64,000 bases of DNA from Camelus dromedarius (lineage: Eukaryota). Positions 11,170 through 23,994 of the stretch are shown in pieces. The position numbers were made by a program, and so were the translations under genes. The stretch covers positions 73,906,001 to 73,970,000 of the forward strand of contig NC_087436.1 of assembly GCF_036321535.1 (NCBI RefSeq). Reading direction: 5' to 3'. Position 1 is the first letter of the stretch. Each line of letters opens with the position of its first letter. The notes under the pieces were generated by a model. That model was not told the DNA's origin. It made no database searches and saw only the letters and a program-made list of their open reading frames with translations.

Positions 11170-13859
11170 CAATTTCATAGAAACCGCTTTTTTATTAGTG
11201 AAGTATTTCATTGCATTAAGGATAGAAATAAACATATCAAGAATCACATGAAAGGACCAGCCATATAAACTACATGAAGAATATTCTGGTGAGTATTCTC
11301 TTTAACAGCCACAAGCAATTAATCCCAGTGACAATGCCCAGAAGGCTGAGGATGAAGGTCACCTTTTGCAGAACTTTTATCTTAAGCAATTGAAATTAAA
11401 AAGTTAGCCTCCTGTAAGTAAAAACCCCAATAAAAGTTAGTCATATAGCACTTGCTCCCCCTGACCATGAGTGATCTTTCTAGAACATGAGGAAGTAAAG
11501 TCTAGTGGGAAAAGCCCATTTCCTGTCCTGTGTCAGCTCCCTAGTTTCCTTGAGAGAAGCGAGGCGACCTCTCTCAGTTTGGTTTCTCCCTAAATTGAGT
11601 ATCACAGTAGAGGACGCTGTATTCAATGACTGTGACAATCTCAAAAACTTTGGGGGCCTTTCCAGGATAACAGCTCTAAGAAAACTAGCATGAGGAACAG
11701 TTTGTTATTTTTAAACTAAAACCAAATAGGTACATTCATTCTTCTTAAGCAACCTATAATCTTGACTGCAGTGTATGCTTTTGCCACAGACTTTTCAGAA
11801 GGAAAATATCAAAAGTGATATTTTAAGCCAAGTAACTATTAAGAATCACATGGAAACAATGTTTTCAGTCTCCCTGGCCATGCGGATTCATTCTAAAGGT
11901 GTACATCACTAACTGCTACATTATCATTCATAGTATTTAAAAATGACCACCTCACAGATGATTATATCCTGGTAATGGAATGAACCAATGAGAATGCACT
12001 GACTTACTAGTTTCATTAGTGTTAATAAGTGGATATAAACAAGAATAAGATATGCCAATTATCTCATTAAATATTGATAAATTTTAAAAATACAGATATT
12101 TGGCATTATTGAAGATAAAATATTTTCAATTTAGTTTTTCACTCTTTGGTGATTTCGGATATCTATAGGTTTTATCTTAATTTATAGAGAAATTGAGACT
12201 TTACTGAACTGTCCCTTCAAAAAGGGAAACATATTACATATTGCCTTAGTGTAGAGAGTGGGAAAATTGAGGCAAGGAAACTAAAGTGATTTATTACCTC
12301 CCCAGAGGGATCAGAAGCTATGTTTGTAAAATCTGTGGCCTTTTTCATTCATTTGCTTGTACTGAAATCCAATTTTTAAACAAAAAATCCTGTAGAATGA
12401 TTCAGTGGTTAAGAAATTCTCTGTGCTCTTTGCCAGATAACTGTACAGGCTTCTCAATCAAAAATGAATAATGAACATTAAGAATCAAATACAATGCCCT
12501 TAAATATGCTTGAATTCTGTGACATCATGGTTCCCAATCCTCTGATTTGGGTTACACTGAAAGCTAAGAGGTCTAAAGAGAGGTGGCTCTGCTTCTGGTC
12601 CCACGGAACTTTTCTTAAAAGCACTTCCTGTGCAGTATTTTAAAACAACACTGTCACTCTGTCAGCAGAATGACTGTCACAGGAAGTACAGGGCACATTT
12701 TTTTTTCTATTCAGTGAGCCACAAAATATCAGAACAAACTGAATCTGAGGAAAGAATAACAACTTATAAAAACAACTCCAAAGTTACCAAGAAGAGTGTC
12801 CTGGAAGAAATGTCTCTTTAGTGTAGTCAGACTTCCTGAAATTTAATTGTAACTTACGCTGTGGATAGATGAATTTCCTATGTTCATAAGTAACTTTACA
12901 AATAATCACTCAAGAGTATTCTAATTAATACAGTCATATTTGGTAAGGGTGATTGAGGGAAGAAAAAATACCAGTCACTGATTACATTCTCCCAGAAATG
13001 CCTTTCCACGTCAAGATCAGTTTGACTGAAAAAATAACAAACTATTCACAAATGTCATAATTAGCATTCTATTCTATATATGAAATATCTGTACTTGTCC
13101 TCACCAACATTATTTATGCATTCTCTCAATTCACAAAAGAATAGTAAAAATATCCTCAGGTGTTTATCACTATCAACTCACAGGTACCACCCCACTGCAC
13201 ATCTCACCCCACCCAACCCCTTCCCTGCTTAATTCCTAACCTATATGAAAGTCATCAGAAGACTAAATTATTTCCTGGAGGAATTATGAACTAAAGATTA
13301 GTAAGAAACACTAATGTCCCTTTTCAAAAGAGGAAATTAGGTGCATTTGAATGGTACTGAATGAGTTTTAGTATTTTACCCTGCATTCCGAACTCTTTTT
13401 GTCTCTTGAGGATGCGGTGCATGGAGGAAAACAACTTGAAATAGTACTTATGCATTTTGAGCACAAAGTCTGGTGAGTGAAACATACTGAATAAGGTTAG
13501 ATCAGGTAGCATTAACAAGGGATGTGGAGACATTATAACCACGACAGTGGTCACAAAATTCTGGAGCTACCAGCACCCAACAATGGAAAAATTACTATAC
13601 AAGAATTTATTAAATACTTGCTAGACACGTGAAGAACAAAATAGTTTGTCAGGGACCACAGGATCTTGTAAAGCCTAACGGCCAACCATGTCAGCCTGCT
13701 CTTGGCCCTCTGCCCGACGGCCCTCATCACACGCCAGCACAGGGTCTCCTCTCTCCTCTCACACCAGGTGACATGCCGGTGAGGACGCAGACAGTTGCCC
13801 CACGCTGTGGTCCAGGTCACGACAGCTCCCTTGCTTCCTTCACCAAGTGCAGCCGACCG
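11170..13859 (-). other. SCARB2: SCARB2 3'UTR (~2.7 kb)
   Basis: Follows the TAA stop; largely repeat-free AT-rich sequence ending at an AATAAA with a downstream GU-rich tract; exact cleavage site inferred. Confidence 0.7.
11191..11196 (-). terminator. SCARB2: Distal polyadenylation signal AATAAA of SCARB2
   Basis: tttatt on + strand; minus strand continues into ttgtactggaaattgtatgttatgtc (GU/U-rich downstream element). Confidence 0.7.
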
Positions 13860-13898
13860 TTAGGTTCGTATGAGGGGCGCTCTTTCGTCTGCAGTTCC
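13860..13898 (-). CDS. SCARB2: SCARB2 exon 12 coding part (GTADERAPLIRT*), carrying the [DE]xxxL[LI] lysosomal sorting motif
   Basis: ctcag|GGAACTGCAGACGAAAGAGCGCCCCTCATACGAACCTAA; matches the LIMP-2 C-terminus. Confidence 0.97.
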   Translation of the reverse strand, partial: GTADERAPLIRT

Positions 13899-15311
13899 CT
13901 GAGACTCAGAAGAAAGAGGACAGTGAGGCTGAATGGTCACATCACCAACTTCCCCCCGGATGTGCAGAGTTTTGGGAAGGGGTGGAGGAAGGTGGAAGGA
14001 GGAAGAACATCATCCACTCACCTTCTCCTGACCTGCTTCCTCTGGCTCTTTCTTTATCATTCAACCCTAATCCTCTGACACCCCCTCCCCCACCAGGGCA
14101 GTACCCTTCCCTGTGTTGACCTGGACCATAACCCTCATTGCACTCTATTGAATTGGCCTCCTTCCTAGTTGGAAATCCATCAAAGAACAATGTCTCAGAA
14201 GTGGTGGGTGGTCAGTCACCACGCGCTTGTTGAACACGTGAAGACAGTTACTGCAGGAGCAGTCATCATGTTGATACGGGCTCTCACCTGTGCTGATGCA
14301 AATCTCAGCGACAGTACGTCCACCTTGCAGTGACTGTAACAGCCACAGACAGAAGTGGCAAAATAGTTGCCTCCCACCTAATTCACACCAATGTAATGGG
14401 CATGGGTTGAGAGGAACCACAGAAGAACGCAGAAACAGAGAAATCTGAGCTAGTATGAGTTAGATGGTTTCAGCCTGTGTTATTTCCGGCTTCACCTTTA
14501 CCTCAGACACTTAATTGTGGCCGTGAGGAAGGGAAAAAGCCTTTGTTGCAAAAAGAATCTTTTTGAGAATTTAAGAAAGTCTCATTGAAGATGTTGAGAC
14601 CCCTGGGTTGGCCTGCTGGTCACTCAGGGAGGCCAACCTGTTTATCCCATCCATTTGGTGGAAGGAGGAAGTTACCATCCCTCCACGAAGGTAACTACTC
14701 CCCTGCACCCGTCATTTATTATGCAATGATGACTCAGTAGTAAGTACCTTCTGATACACCAGGGATTCTTTCCAAGCAGATCTCTGACTGCTCTATAATT
14801 AGGGAGCTGTTTCATCAGATAACTAATATTTCTTGAGCTCTTACTAAATGCCAGCACTTGGCCACGTGCTTTGTATTTACTATATCATCAAATCCTCACT
14901 AAAAACTCCTAAGGGAAGCTCTATCATAACCGGTCACATGGCTATTACGTGGCAGAACTTGCATTTGAACCTGGGCAGTCCAACACCAAAGGCCAGGTGC
15001 TTAGCTGGTATACAATCTCCCTCTTCTTTCAGATTATTTTCAAAGACATAATGCTTACTCCCAGCAATTCCATTCCCACCAAGAGCACCCGAAATCCTGG
15101 ACAGTACCCTTCTATCACCCCTCCTTCTTTGACATACTTCCCTTGCCTCTCGTTCGGCCCAGCAGTAATATAACCATGAAATTACCACACCCAGTATAAA
15201 AACCACAGAATCCACCCTAGTGAGCCTGCTGACAACCCATCAGTGAAGCACAGCTGAAGTCCTCAGGGAAGGTTATCCCGTAAGGGAGATGTTCTTCCAG
15301 CCACTGCTGAC

Positions 15312-15470
15312 CTCATCCATGGATCCCTGTCCTCTGCACGCAAGCCAGGTGAAGACCAGACCAAAGAACACACCCAGCGCCATGACAATGTAGGGGATGT
15401 TGATGATGATGGAAGTCGTGTTAATCACAGACTTCAGTCGACTTGCAGTCTCTTGGTCAATGAGAACACT
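15312..15470 (-). CDS. SCARB2: SCARB2 exon 11 (SVLIDQETASRLKSVINTTSIIINIPYIVMALGVFFGLVFTWLACRGQGSMDE), includes C-terminal TM helix, 159 nt
   Basis: cccag| acceptor and GAG|gtcagc donor; matches LIMP-2. Confidence 0.97.
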
Positions 15471-17186
15471 CTGGGAGGGGAACAAGAAAACAGTATTCCC
15501 TTGATTACCGAATATTCACAGTATAACTTTTTTGTGGTATCTTTCTTCCAAATCATTAAATACAATTTGGGTCTGTCCTCCTGTTTAGCAAACCAGAGAT
15601 ACTGAAAATCCATTTATAAATTAGAGTAACTAGAGGGGGCATTTATTCATTAACATCTTCCCTTTTCTCCTGAAGATATGTTTTACTCCCAGAATTGGTG
15701 GGAAAAAGGAGGGGAAAAGAATTCAGAAATATTGAGAGAATATCAGCTTTTGTTTACTATCAGACAACTCTAACTCATCCTTCAAAATCCAGCTCAGTAC
15801 AACTTCCTTTCAGAAGTTTGTCCATCTCACATTCTAAAATCCTCCATCACTGTCTTCACATTCTGCGTTGTGTCTCTTTACCTGTTTGTCTCTTCCTGAC
15901 TGTGAGGTTCCTGAAGGCAAGACTTTTATTTCAGTCAACTCAATACCGGGTATAACACCACCCAACATAGGAGGTGCTCAGTTAATGTCAGTTGATTAGA
16001 TGAATGAATGAATGAAATTTTCCAACAATGGCATATGGAAAGCATCATTTCTCTCTTGGCCAGATCTATACTAATCAGGACCAGAATTTTCGACAGAAAG
16101 TGTTAGGGAAGACTTGAGGTTAACCAGAGTTACAGAGGGTGCTGATAACTAAGGAAATATTCTACAATAACACTTTCTGTATGAATGGCAAAGGCATTAA
16201 CATCTTAAACTGTCATGGGTGAGGTATCTGAAGAGCTTAATTCCATAAAAATTATTAGCAACAATTGGGACTTTGGGCTTAACTTTAGTTCAATATGCAG
16301 GGAAAGGCCCATCAGGGTCAGAGTTTCCACCTCTGGAAAAAGGGGGTGAGATAGCAGTCTCCCAGCTCACTTCCAAGTCTAATGTTTTATTTTTCTAGAG
16401 AAGAGAAAAATCAAGTTCTTTCTGGGAGGGAGCAAAAGCATGAGGTTTCACTCCCTCATTCCCTGGACTCAGTCTAGTCTTTAACAAAAACTCAAGGCAA
16501 AAGTTCAGGTAGAGGGGACTTCAGATAAGCCACAGCTATGGCCATAAGCTGGCAGAACAGGGCCTGTCCACATTTTCAAAAAGCCCTACTTCCATGGCCT
16601 GCCCCACAAATAACAGTGATGACCAAGGAGCCATTGCAAATAAGTCCTATAAAGTGGTAAATATTGCCTGAATTTGTCCTTTGAAACAATAAAAGCCTTG
16701 TCTTAGAACTGTAACCCCAAACCCTTCAATAGTTTATCAATGTGGCTACCAATGCAATGCTAAATGAGAAAAAGAAAGACATAGAATTGTACCTACAATG
16801 TGGTCTCAACTATGTAATATCAAAACCAGAAAAATACCGAGGTGACATGAGCAGGTATCAACTGCATTTTCTCTGAGGGATGGGCTTGCTCACCAAGCGA
16901 TTTACTTCTTAAATACTATTTTTAATTTCCCAAGAGTTCTATGAAAAACATGTCACTTTTACAAAATGCAAAGCATCAACTTTTTTTTTTTTTTACAAAG
17001 CTGTTATTGGAAAAAATTTTACAACACACTGTTGAGGAAAATAAAGCAAGTTAAAAATAACATGCTACTCTGGCTCAGGTTTGTGAAGTCATTCAAATTT
17101 TCCCTTTTCTTGCTAATCTTTCTTCCCAAATTTTCTGCAAAGAACAAGTATTTTTAGGGAAGAGAGAAAAATAATAAAAACTTTTT

Positions 17187-17252
17187 TTTTTAATGGAGGC
17201 ACTGGGGATTGCTAAGCATGCACTCTACCACTGAGCTATTACCCTCCCCACC
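17187..17252 (-). mobile_element. tRNA-Ala-derived SINE (camelid Vic-1 type), internally deleted, 14-bp TSD
   Basis: Minus strand ggggagggtaatagctcagtggtagagtgcatgcttagc-aatccccagtgcctcca-A tail; TSD aataaaaacttttt at 17173-17186 and 17253-17266. Confidence 0.85.
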
Positions 17253-18167
17253 AATAAAAACTTTTTAAAATGCTGCTGTTAACAACAGAAGCCAGCTGAC
17301 CAAGAACTTATTGAGGGTGAAAAATCCTGTAGTTTTCCCTTCAAAACTGGGTAAAAAAGAAAAGGGAAATTGAGGAGATATAACTACAGTAACTATAATA
17401 CGTGATTCAGAAAAGAATTTATCACAGGTATCAAATAGTGTTTTCTGAACTTTCAGAATATGTTTTATTTATAAAACTTCAATTTATGCCTAAGAATTAG
17501 GGATAGCATTTCTGTAGGTACACTAAGTAAGAAATATTTCTTCAGAGAAACTCCTTTTGTTTGGACTTAGGATCTGTTTCTGTAATTTATGATGTATGCA
17601 TGCTTACCAGAAAGTAGAAAAAACTCTAGGCTGTGATGAAAGACAAAGCAACCACATATCACTGCAATTAATGGGCATGTGTTACACTTTATTTAACTGT
17701 TTCTTCAACCACCTTACATGAAATTTTCATGTAATGAAAATTTTTACTTTCTTTTTCTCCTTAACTAATGATTGGTAAACTGATAACCTTTTTTTCCCTT
17801 TTTAAACAAACTGGCAAATTCTTGACGATGGAGGAGAGGCTAAGAAAAGTTTAACTGGACATCTATCTGAGTGCTGGCTCTTGGTTCTTTTTCAACAGTG
17901 TCTGACCTTGCTTCATTTACCTTTGCATTTTGTTTCTTATATAACTTGCTTCCCAGAAAGGAGTTTCTTTCTGTCATTTTCAAACCTCAGACACAGGCAG
18001 CTTCATGTAAACATATAAACAGAAATTTCCTGAAGACAAACAGATTTTAAAAAATCATGTTTGTCCCTTTCTCACATCTTAAATTACACAGTCACATGCA
18101 GACACCCTATGGGAAGTTTCCCAAGCTTCCACAGGTAAAACACACCCATTTCCCTCCCAGGACTCAC

Positions 18168-18219
18168 CTCATTGATATACATCACTGGGAAAACCAGGGT
18201 TCTAATGTTTCCTGTTTCA
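18168..18219 (-). CDS. SCARB2: SCARB2 exon 10 (ETGNIRTLVFPVMYINE), 52 nt
   Basis: tttgtag|TGAAACAGG ... GAG|gtgagt. Confidence 0.96.
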
Positions 18220-18965
18220 CTACAAAGACAAAAAATGAGATTATTTTATAGACATCCTCATTATGATAGTACACTGGTCTGGTGAGACAAGTTTGTATAC
18301 GAAAGTTCCAGCACACGTAGTTCATTAAATTACCTGGAATTTATGCAGTCTTCTTAATCATCTTTGCAAACATATATCAACCAGAAGTTCTATTACAAAC
18401 TGTCAGTCTAGCAATTTGAAGTGGTGCATATTTATGTGAAGTGTTTTTACCAAAACACAGGATGCCAGAAAAGCAAATTCATCAAAATGATTACTGTACT
18501 GCCAAGAGTTATGAGGGGAGGCTGCAGCAGAACAACGCTGTCATTTCTCGGAATGTTTTATAACCAGGTTGCTAAGTACTATCTTCACAAGCTCCTGGAG
18601 CAATCACTTACTGAGCATTTACTATGCACCAGCTGTGCACCGGGTATCTTGGGAACATTACCTCATTTAGTAGTCCCATGCAGTAGGTATGGCTGTCCCA
18701 GGTTTAAGACAAGGAAATGATGGCTCGGAGTAATCTGCCCAGGACCACCACGCATAAGTGGTGGAGCCAGAATTCTAATTCCATTTTGATTCAACAGCTC
18801 TAGATTGTAAATTATCTTCCCTCAGAAATACACACACAAGTGGCAAAATGCATTCTTACAAACCACATTTGCTTTCTACAAAGATCCATAATGTGGGCTT
18901 AAATCTGGCAAATTCCATGGGGGAAACCAACCAAGTTTGGTTGATAGATACGCAGACAGAAAGGT

Positions 18966-18992
18966 TAGATAGATAGATAGATAGATAGATGA
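18966..18992. repeat. (GATA)n tetranucleotide microsatellite
   Basis: tagatagatagatagatagatagatga. Confidence 0.9.
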
Positions 18993-19632
18993 TATTTTGG
19001 ATATGTATCATAGTTTTGCATCCAATTTTTTCATTCAACATTAAATCATAAGCATTTTCTCAATTTCCACTGAAAAGTCTGAGCAGATCATACTTAGGAG
19101 TCCTAATTAAGTAGTGGTTTTTAGATGGAGTGTGGGGAGACTGGACCCAAGAGAGTATTTAACCCTCCATGGGAGAGCCTGTGACTGGCTGGGTGAGAGC
19201 AGTGGAAAGAAAGGAGGGGAGGCAGCCAGAGTCATGGTGCAGGAGGAAATGCTTAGCAGGACAGGTCAGAGCAGACTCTGCAGCCTTACTAGCTGTGTAA
19301 GTTCTAGCAGGTTATTAAACCTCGATTTGCCTCAGTTTCCTCATCTGCAAAATGGGGATAATACAGGGTTATTGTGAGGAATAAATGAGTTAATATACAT
19401 AAAGTACTCAGAACAAGGCCTGACTCATGGGAAGTGTTCCATATGTGTTTGATTATATAAAATAAGTACATTCCAACACCAAGGCAGTCCATGAAAATGT
19501 GGATCATACCTCATCCCTGAAGCTTAGAGGTGAGCAGAGTTAGAAGCGGGCTATACTCCTCCCGACATCAACCCTACCAAGAAATCAATGTAGCAAAACA
19601 ACTCTTTGCCTCTAGAAAGAAGCAAAACTTAC

Positions 19633-19706
19633 ATAAAGTCATCTAACTTCTTGACATAAACGTTGATTTGGAACCTCTTGGCTGCTCTTAGGATAATTCC
19701 AGTCAA
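19633..19706 (-). CDS. SCARB2: SCARB2 exon 9 (LTGIILRAAKRFQINVYVKKLDDFI), 74 nt
   Basis: ttgcag|TTGACTGGA ... TTTAT|gtaagt. Confidence 0.96.
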
Positions 19707-19904
19707 CTGCAAATCAGAGAAGCAGAAAATAAAAACATTAGGACTTATGAAAATCACACAGAGGTTTTTTTCAAGAGCATGGTTTCTGTGTGGTTCTGAT
19801 AAACAGGGTGGCTGCTGCCACGCTTACTAGGCAGAGCGGAACAAGGGACAACTGTTCCCTGGGACAGACTGAGAACTGTGGATTGTGTTACGTGTCTGGT
19901 AGAC

Positions 19905-20048
19905 CAATGTTCCTCACAGTTTATTACACATGTGAGTTCTTGGAGACCTTGTTAAAATGCAGATTCTGATTCAGTAGGTCTGGAGCAGGGGCTGAGACTG
20001 GGCATTTCTAACAAGCTCCCAGAATGCTGTCACTTTGAACAGCAAAGC
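19905..20048. mobile_element. MER5A-like DNA transposon
   Basis: cttgttaaaatgcagattctgattcagtaggtctgg...gcatttctaacaagctcccag. Confidence 0.8.
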
Positions 20049-21123
20049 CCTAGGGGACCCTAGCAGGAGGGGGATCCAATATATCCCCTCCTGTCGGGTC
20101 TGGGAATCCAGGTGGATGGATGTGGGCACGGCCAGTGAATGGTGCCCACACATGGCCAGGCCCACCCAGCAGAGCCCAGAGGACAGGTGCAGCATCTCCC
20201 CGACGGCAGCCCCATCTTTGCACTAACACTGTGGGGCTGTGCCTTGCCCTGGGGACAGGCACCTGAGAAGAGCTGAGCTGCTGAAAAGGAACTGACTGAT
20301 GGCTAAGAGAGAAAAGGGAGAAAGCCACACCTGACCCAATTCACAAAAGGATAAGAGCACTGATTTCTCAGATACAAATGCAATGAGTTGGTTAAGAGGG
20401 AAGTGCCCATAAATGGCTGTGCTCAAAAAATGTGTCTGCTTTTCTTTGATTGTTCCAGGCATGTATTCAAAATCCCAAGAATGATGATATCTCACCTTTA
20501 ATTCGGTCCCTACAGTGAGAGGCTCTCACACTGTGAAATGATATTCACATCCTTTTGACATGGTTTTTAGTTCTTCTCCTCTGGGAATATGAGATTAGAG
20601 TCTATGTCTATTTGATGCCTTTTAAATTAATAATGTCATATAATAACTCTCAAAGGCACTTGTATAAAGAGTTTTGCCAAAAGTGACTGAAGCAAAGATA
20701 TATATTTAAATTTCAACCAGCACATTCCAGGCAGCGAGTAACAGAGGCATGTCTTCCCCCTGCCGACCTGAGGCCCTGTGGGAGGGATGTGTACATGTTC
20801 AGGTCCAATCTCCTGGCAACAGAAGACTGACCAGGTTACCCCGATCCGATCCCAGTTGTTTCCTATGATGGGCTTTCCCTGTTGCTTTTCTGTTAAAGTA
20901 GGTTTGCTGATATTTCTGCATCTGAGTTCCACGGAACTCAGCCTTCGAATTATGGGGCTATGAAACTATGCATCTCACTGCGCTGAGCTGAGTTTCCTCC
21001 ACTTGAATATGTATATGAAAGGAAGATACTGTATTTCTTGAGAGGGCTGAGGACCAAACTGGTGAACACTGTATAGACAGAATAAAAGGGATGTTTCTGA
21101 ACCTGGAAGATGTGCATACTCAC

Positions 21124-21242
21124 AGGATTAATGTCCACAAATGTCTCATGATAGTCCTTATTTGGATGCATGCCTTCTATGGCAGAAACAAACTTCTCAT
21201 CTGCTTGGTAGAAGTGTGGGAAAGACATGATAATAGGTGCAC
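21124..21242 (-). CDS. SCARB2: SCARB2 exon 8 (GAPIIMSFPHFYQADEKFVSAIEGMHPNKDYHETFVDINP), 119 nt
   Basis: tgcag|GTGCA ... CCT|gtgagt; CD36-family SFPHFY motif. Confidence 0.97.
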
Positions 21243-23824
21243 CTGCATTTTAAGGAAAACAAAAATGAATGACATGGTTCTTAAAAGTCTAAGATGAATA
21301 CAAAATTCCTGACCACAAACCTGGTCCCTCAGTGGAGGGTGGGGAGGCCGCACATAAGAAAACTTGGGTCAGGGAGAGGGGCAGGCGAAAACTCTATTCT
21401 ACATCTCTTAGCTTGGGATTTATACTTCATTTTCTGACATCTCTTCTAAGCCTAACCCTCGCATTATTTTATACCACAACATACACTGAAATTCTAGCTG
21501 AACTTTTTATTCTTCAACACTTACTCTGAACCTATAAAATGTAAATGCTTTATACACATTATTTTAATTAACATTACCAGCAGCCCTCCGAAGTTGAAAC
21601 TATTAGCTTCATTTTGCATTTGAGGTTCAGAGAAGTTAAAAATTTCCCCAGGACATCCAGCTATCAGGTAATGGAGGCAGAATTCTGACCAAGTGAGGGA
21701 CTGCTCATCTCAAAGCACTTGTTTCAATTATGATTCTCACCAGTGAATGGACTTTCCCCCTTTTCTTTTCTGTTTTTCTGTTTTTGTTTTACCCAAGATA
21801 GGCTTTGTTCTACTGCATATGCTGATGCAGAATTTTTTAAGACTGCCTGGTCCTGCCATCTGTCCAGCCTCTGACTAGATCAGGGCCTGCCCACAGGAAG
21901 ACACTAGTTTTGTTTTGTTTTTTTAATCTCATTTTATTTTGAGAAATAAATAGAGAAGCAAGTTATTAAAGGTAACCCATTCTAGATTTTGCTCTTGAAA
22001 AGGAGAGCGAGACCCAATAATTGCTGCCATGGAAATACATTTTTGGAGGAATTAGCCTATTGGCAAATAATTTAAGTCTGCTCACCTATCCACCAGTCCA
22101 GGGCTCAAACACCACATCTGTCATACACACAGTTTTGCTCTCTATTGGTACACAGTTCCACAAAGACATAATTTCCTTCTTTGTGACCTACAATGACCTT
22201 TAAAATGTATTTTTAAAGATCTGTTGAGGACTTAATAAGGGCCAGACACTGCCCTGAGTATCTTTCATACATTTATCTCTAACCTCCACTCAACCTTCCA
22301 AGGAAGTTATAAGCATCCCCATTTTACAGATGAGAAAACTGCTGTCTGGAACCCTCCTTCTTCAACTTGGCCAATTTGCTAACAAATAGAATAATATTCA
22401 AATCCAGATCCACCTGACTCCAGACTGCTCACTCATCACACTAGCCAAAATGTTCCCCTGGGAATGCAAAACACTTGGGGACAATCCTGGAGGGTAACCT
22501 TTTAGTCCACATCTGGGAATATGTAAGAGGCAAGAGGAAAAGGGTTATAGCAAGAGATATGACTATTGCAGAGTGGACGCCTACTGTTGATTCTGCCAGC
22601 AACTTCTTGAGAAAACAGACTGTTAATAAAACAATAAGAAAAATACGTCTATATTTGTGCATTGAGCCACAGGCACCGGGGCTGAGCAGGCAGGCGCTGT
22701 TTCAGGCCCAGTGAGCCTGCAGGAGAGGGAGAAGCAGATACCTGTTCCTATCCTCCTCTGGGCTCATCTCCAGGGCAGGGGTGTGTGCTCCCCAGCACAG
22801 TGGTTCCCAATCGCATAGGCACCACCTTCACGAGAATGAATTGAAGCTCATTAAAAATACAGATTCTGAGGCCCTAGTATGTGGGCCTTGGGACAGATGT
22901 TATTAATGATTCTACAGATAATTCTTATGCAGGACCTCCCTTGGGAAGACAGGGAGGCTTATCTCAAAAGATTTTCAAACCAAATGGAGAAGGGGGCAAA
23001 AGTTAGTACATTATTCAAGCAAAAAGTACAACTTTAATCAGGTGAAAGAGGTTACATAGTTTCTCTTGAGAAGAATTGTAGCCTAAGAAAAATCACAGTA
23101 CGAATATGAGAAGACCCTAAGTTCTAGCAGGAATTTGCTTGAAGATGAGGATTTTATAAAAATCCTGTTCTTTCTCTGAGCACTGGTTTCCACAATTATA
23201 AAAAGAGGCCATTGGCTGTCTATCTGGCAAGGCTAGTGTCAATAATCGTGTGACAGATGATTGCAAAAACTAGCCCTCGTGATAAAGAAAATGCCTTCGT
23301 CAGCTGTACCCTGCTCATTCTGCCTCATGCCCAGAAAGGATCCGAGTAGCTCCAACATTAAGAAGCACCAGGAACTTTGTGGGCAGAGTCTAAAACTAAC
23401 TCTGCTTCGAAATCACTGAGAATCATTACCAAGATATGTACTTCCCTATTACCGAGTTCTCCGCTTTCTCTCTTAGCCGTTTTGACATGAAATCAGTTAA
23501 TGCTTTACGTGTATTACCTATATGTAAACATGTAAAGCACTGAACACAGTGACTGCCACTAGTAAGTGCTAGTAAACGTGAACTATTATTACTATGAAGA
23601 CTCCTAAAACACTGCCCAGAAAAAGCACATGGCATTCTAGCAATAAGTCATTACAAAAAAGCCAATGCTTTTTTTTTTTTTAAACCATGCTATAGCCATG
23701 TTACAAAACATTATGCTTGAGAGGTCAGAGTGGCTGTTTCTGTTGGGCTGACAACATTCTTTGTTGAATAGCACCAATCCCGCATCCAGCCACTCCTGCC
23801 CATGTGCCCTCTCCGAGTTCTTAC

Positions 23825-23994
23825 CATTCTTGCAGACGCTGACATTCAAAACTCCTGAGCCCAGGCAGTTTCCTTTAGGGATACAGAAGCCAGCATTGTC
23901 TGAGGTATTGGCTAATATTTCTGCAGGCACCTTATACCGCAAGGCAGGAAGTCCCTGTACGCGCTCATAGTCACTGAAAATTATATGAACTGAC
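23825..23994 (-). CDS. SCARB2: SCARB2 exon 7 (SVHIIFSDYERVQGLPALRYKVPAEILANTSDNAGFCIPKGNCLGSGVLNVSVCKN-G), 170 nt
   Basis: taacag|GTCA ... AATG|gtaag; conserved cysteines. Confidence 0.97.

Noticed and set aside
13629..14078. 149-aa plus-strand ORF
   Set aside because: Antisense to SCARB2 exon 12 and the GC-rich proximal 3'UTR; non-ATG start and no homology
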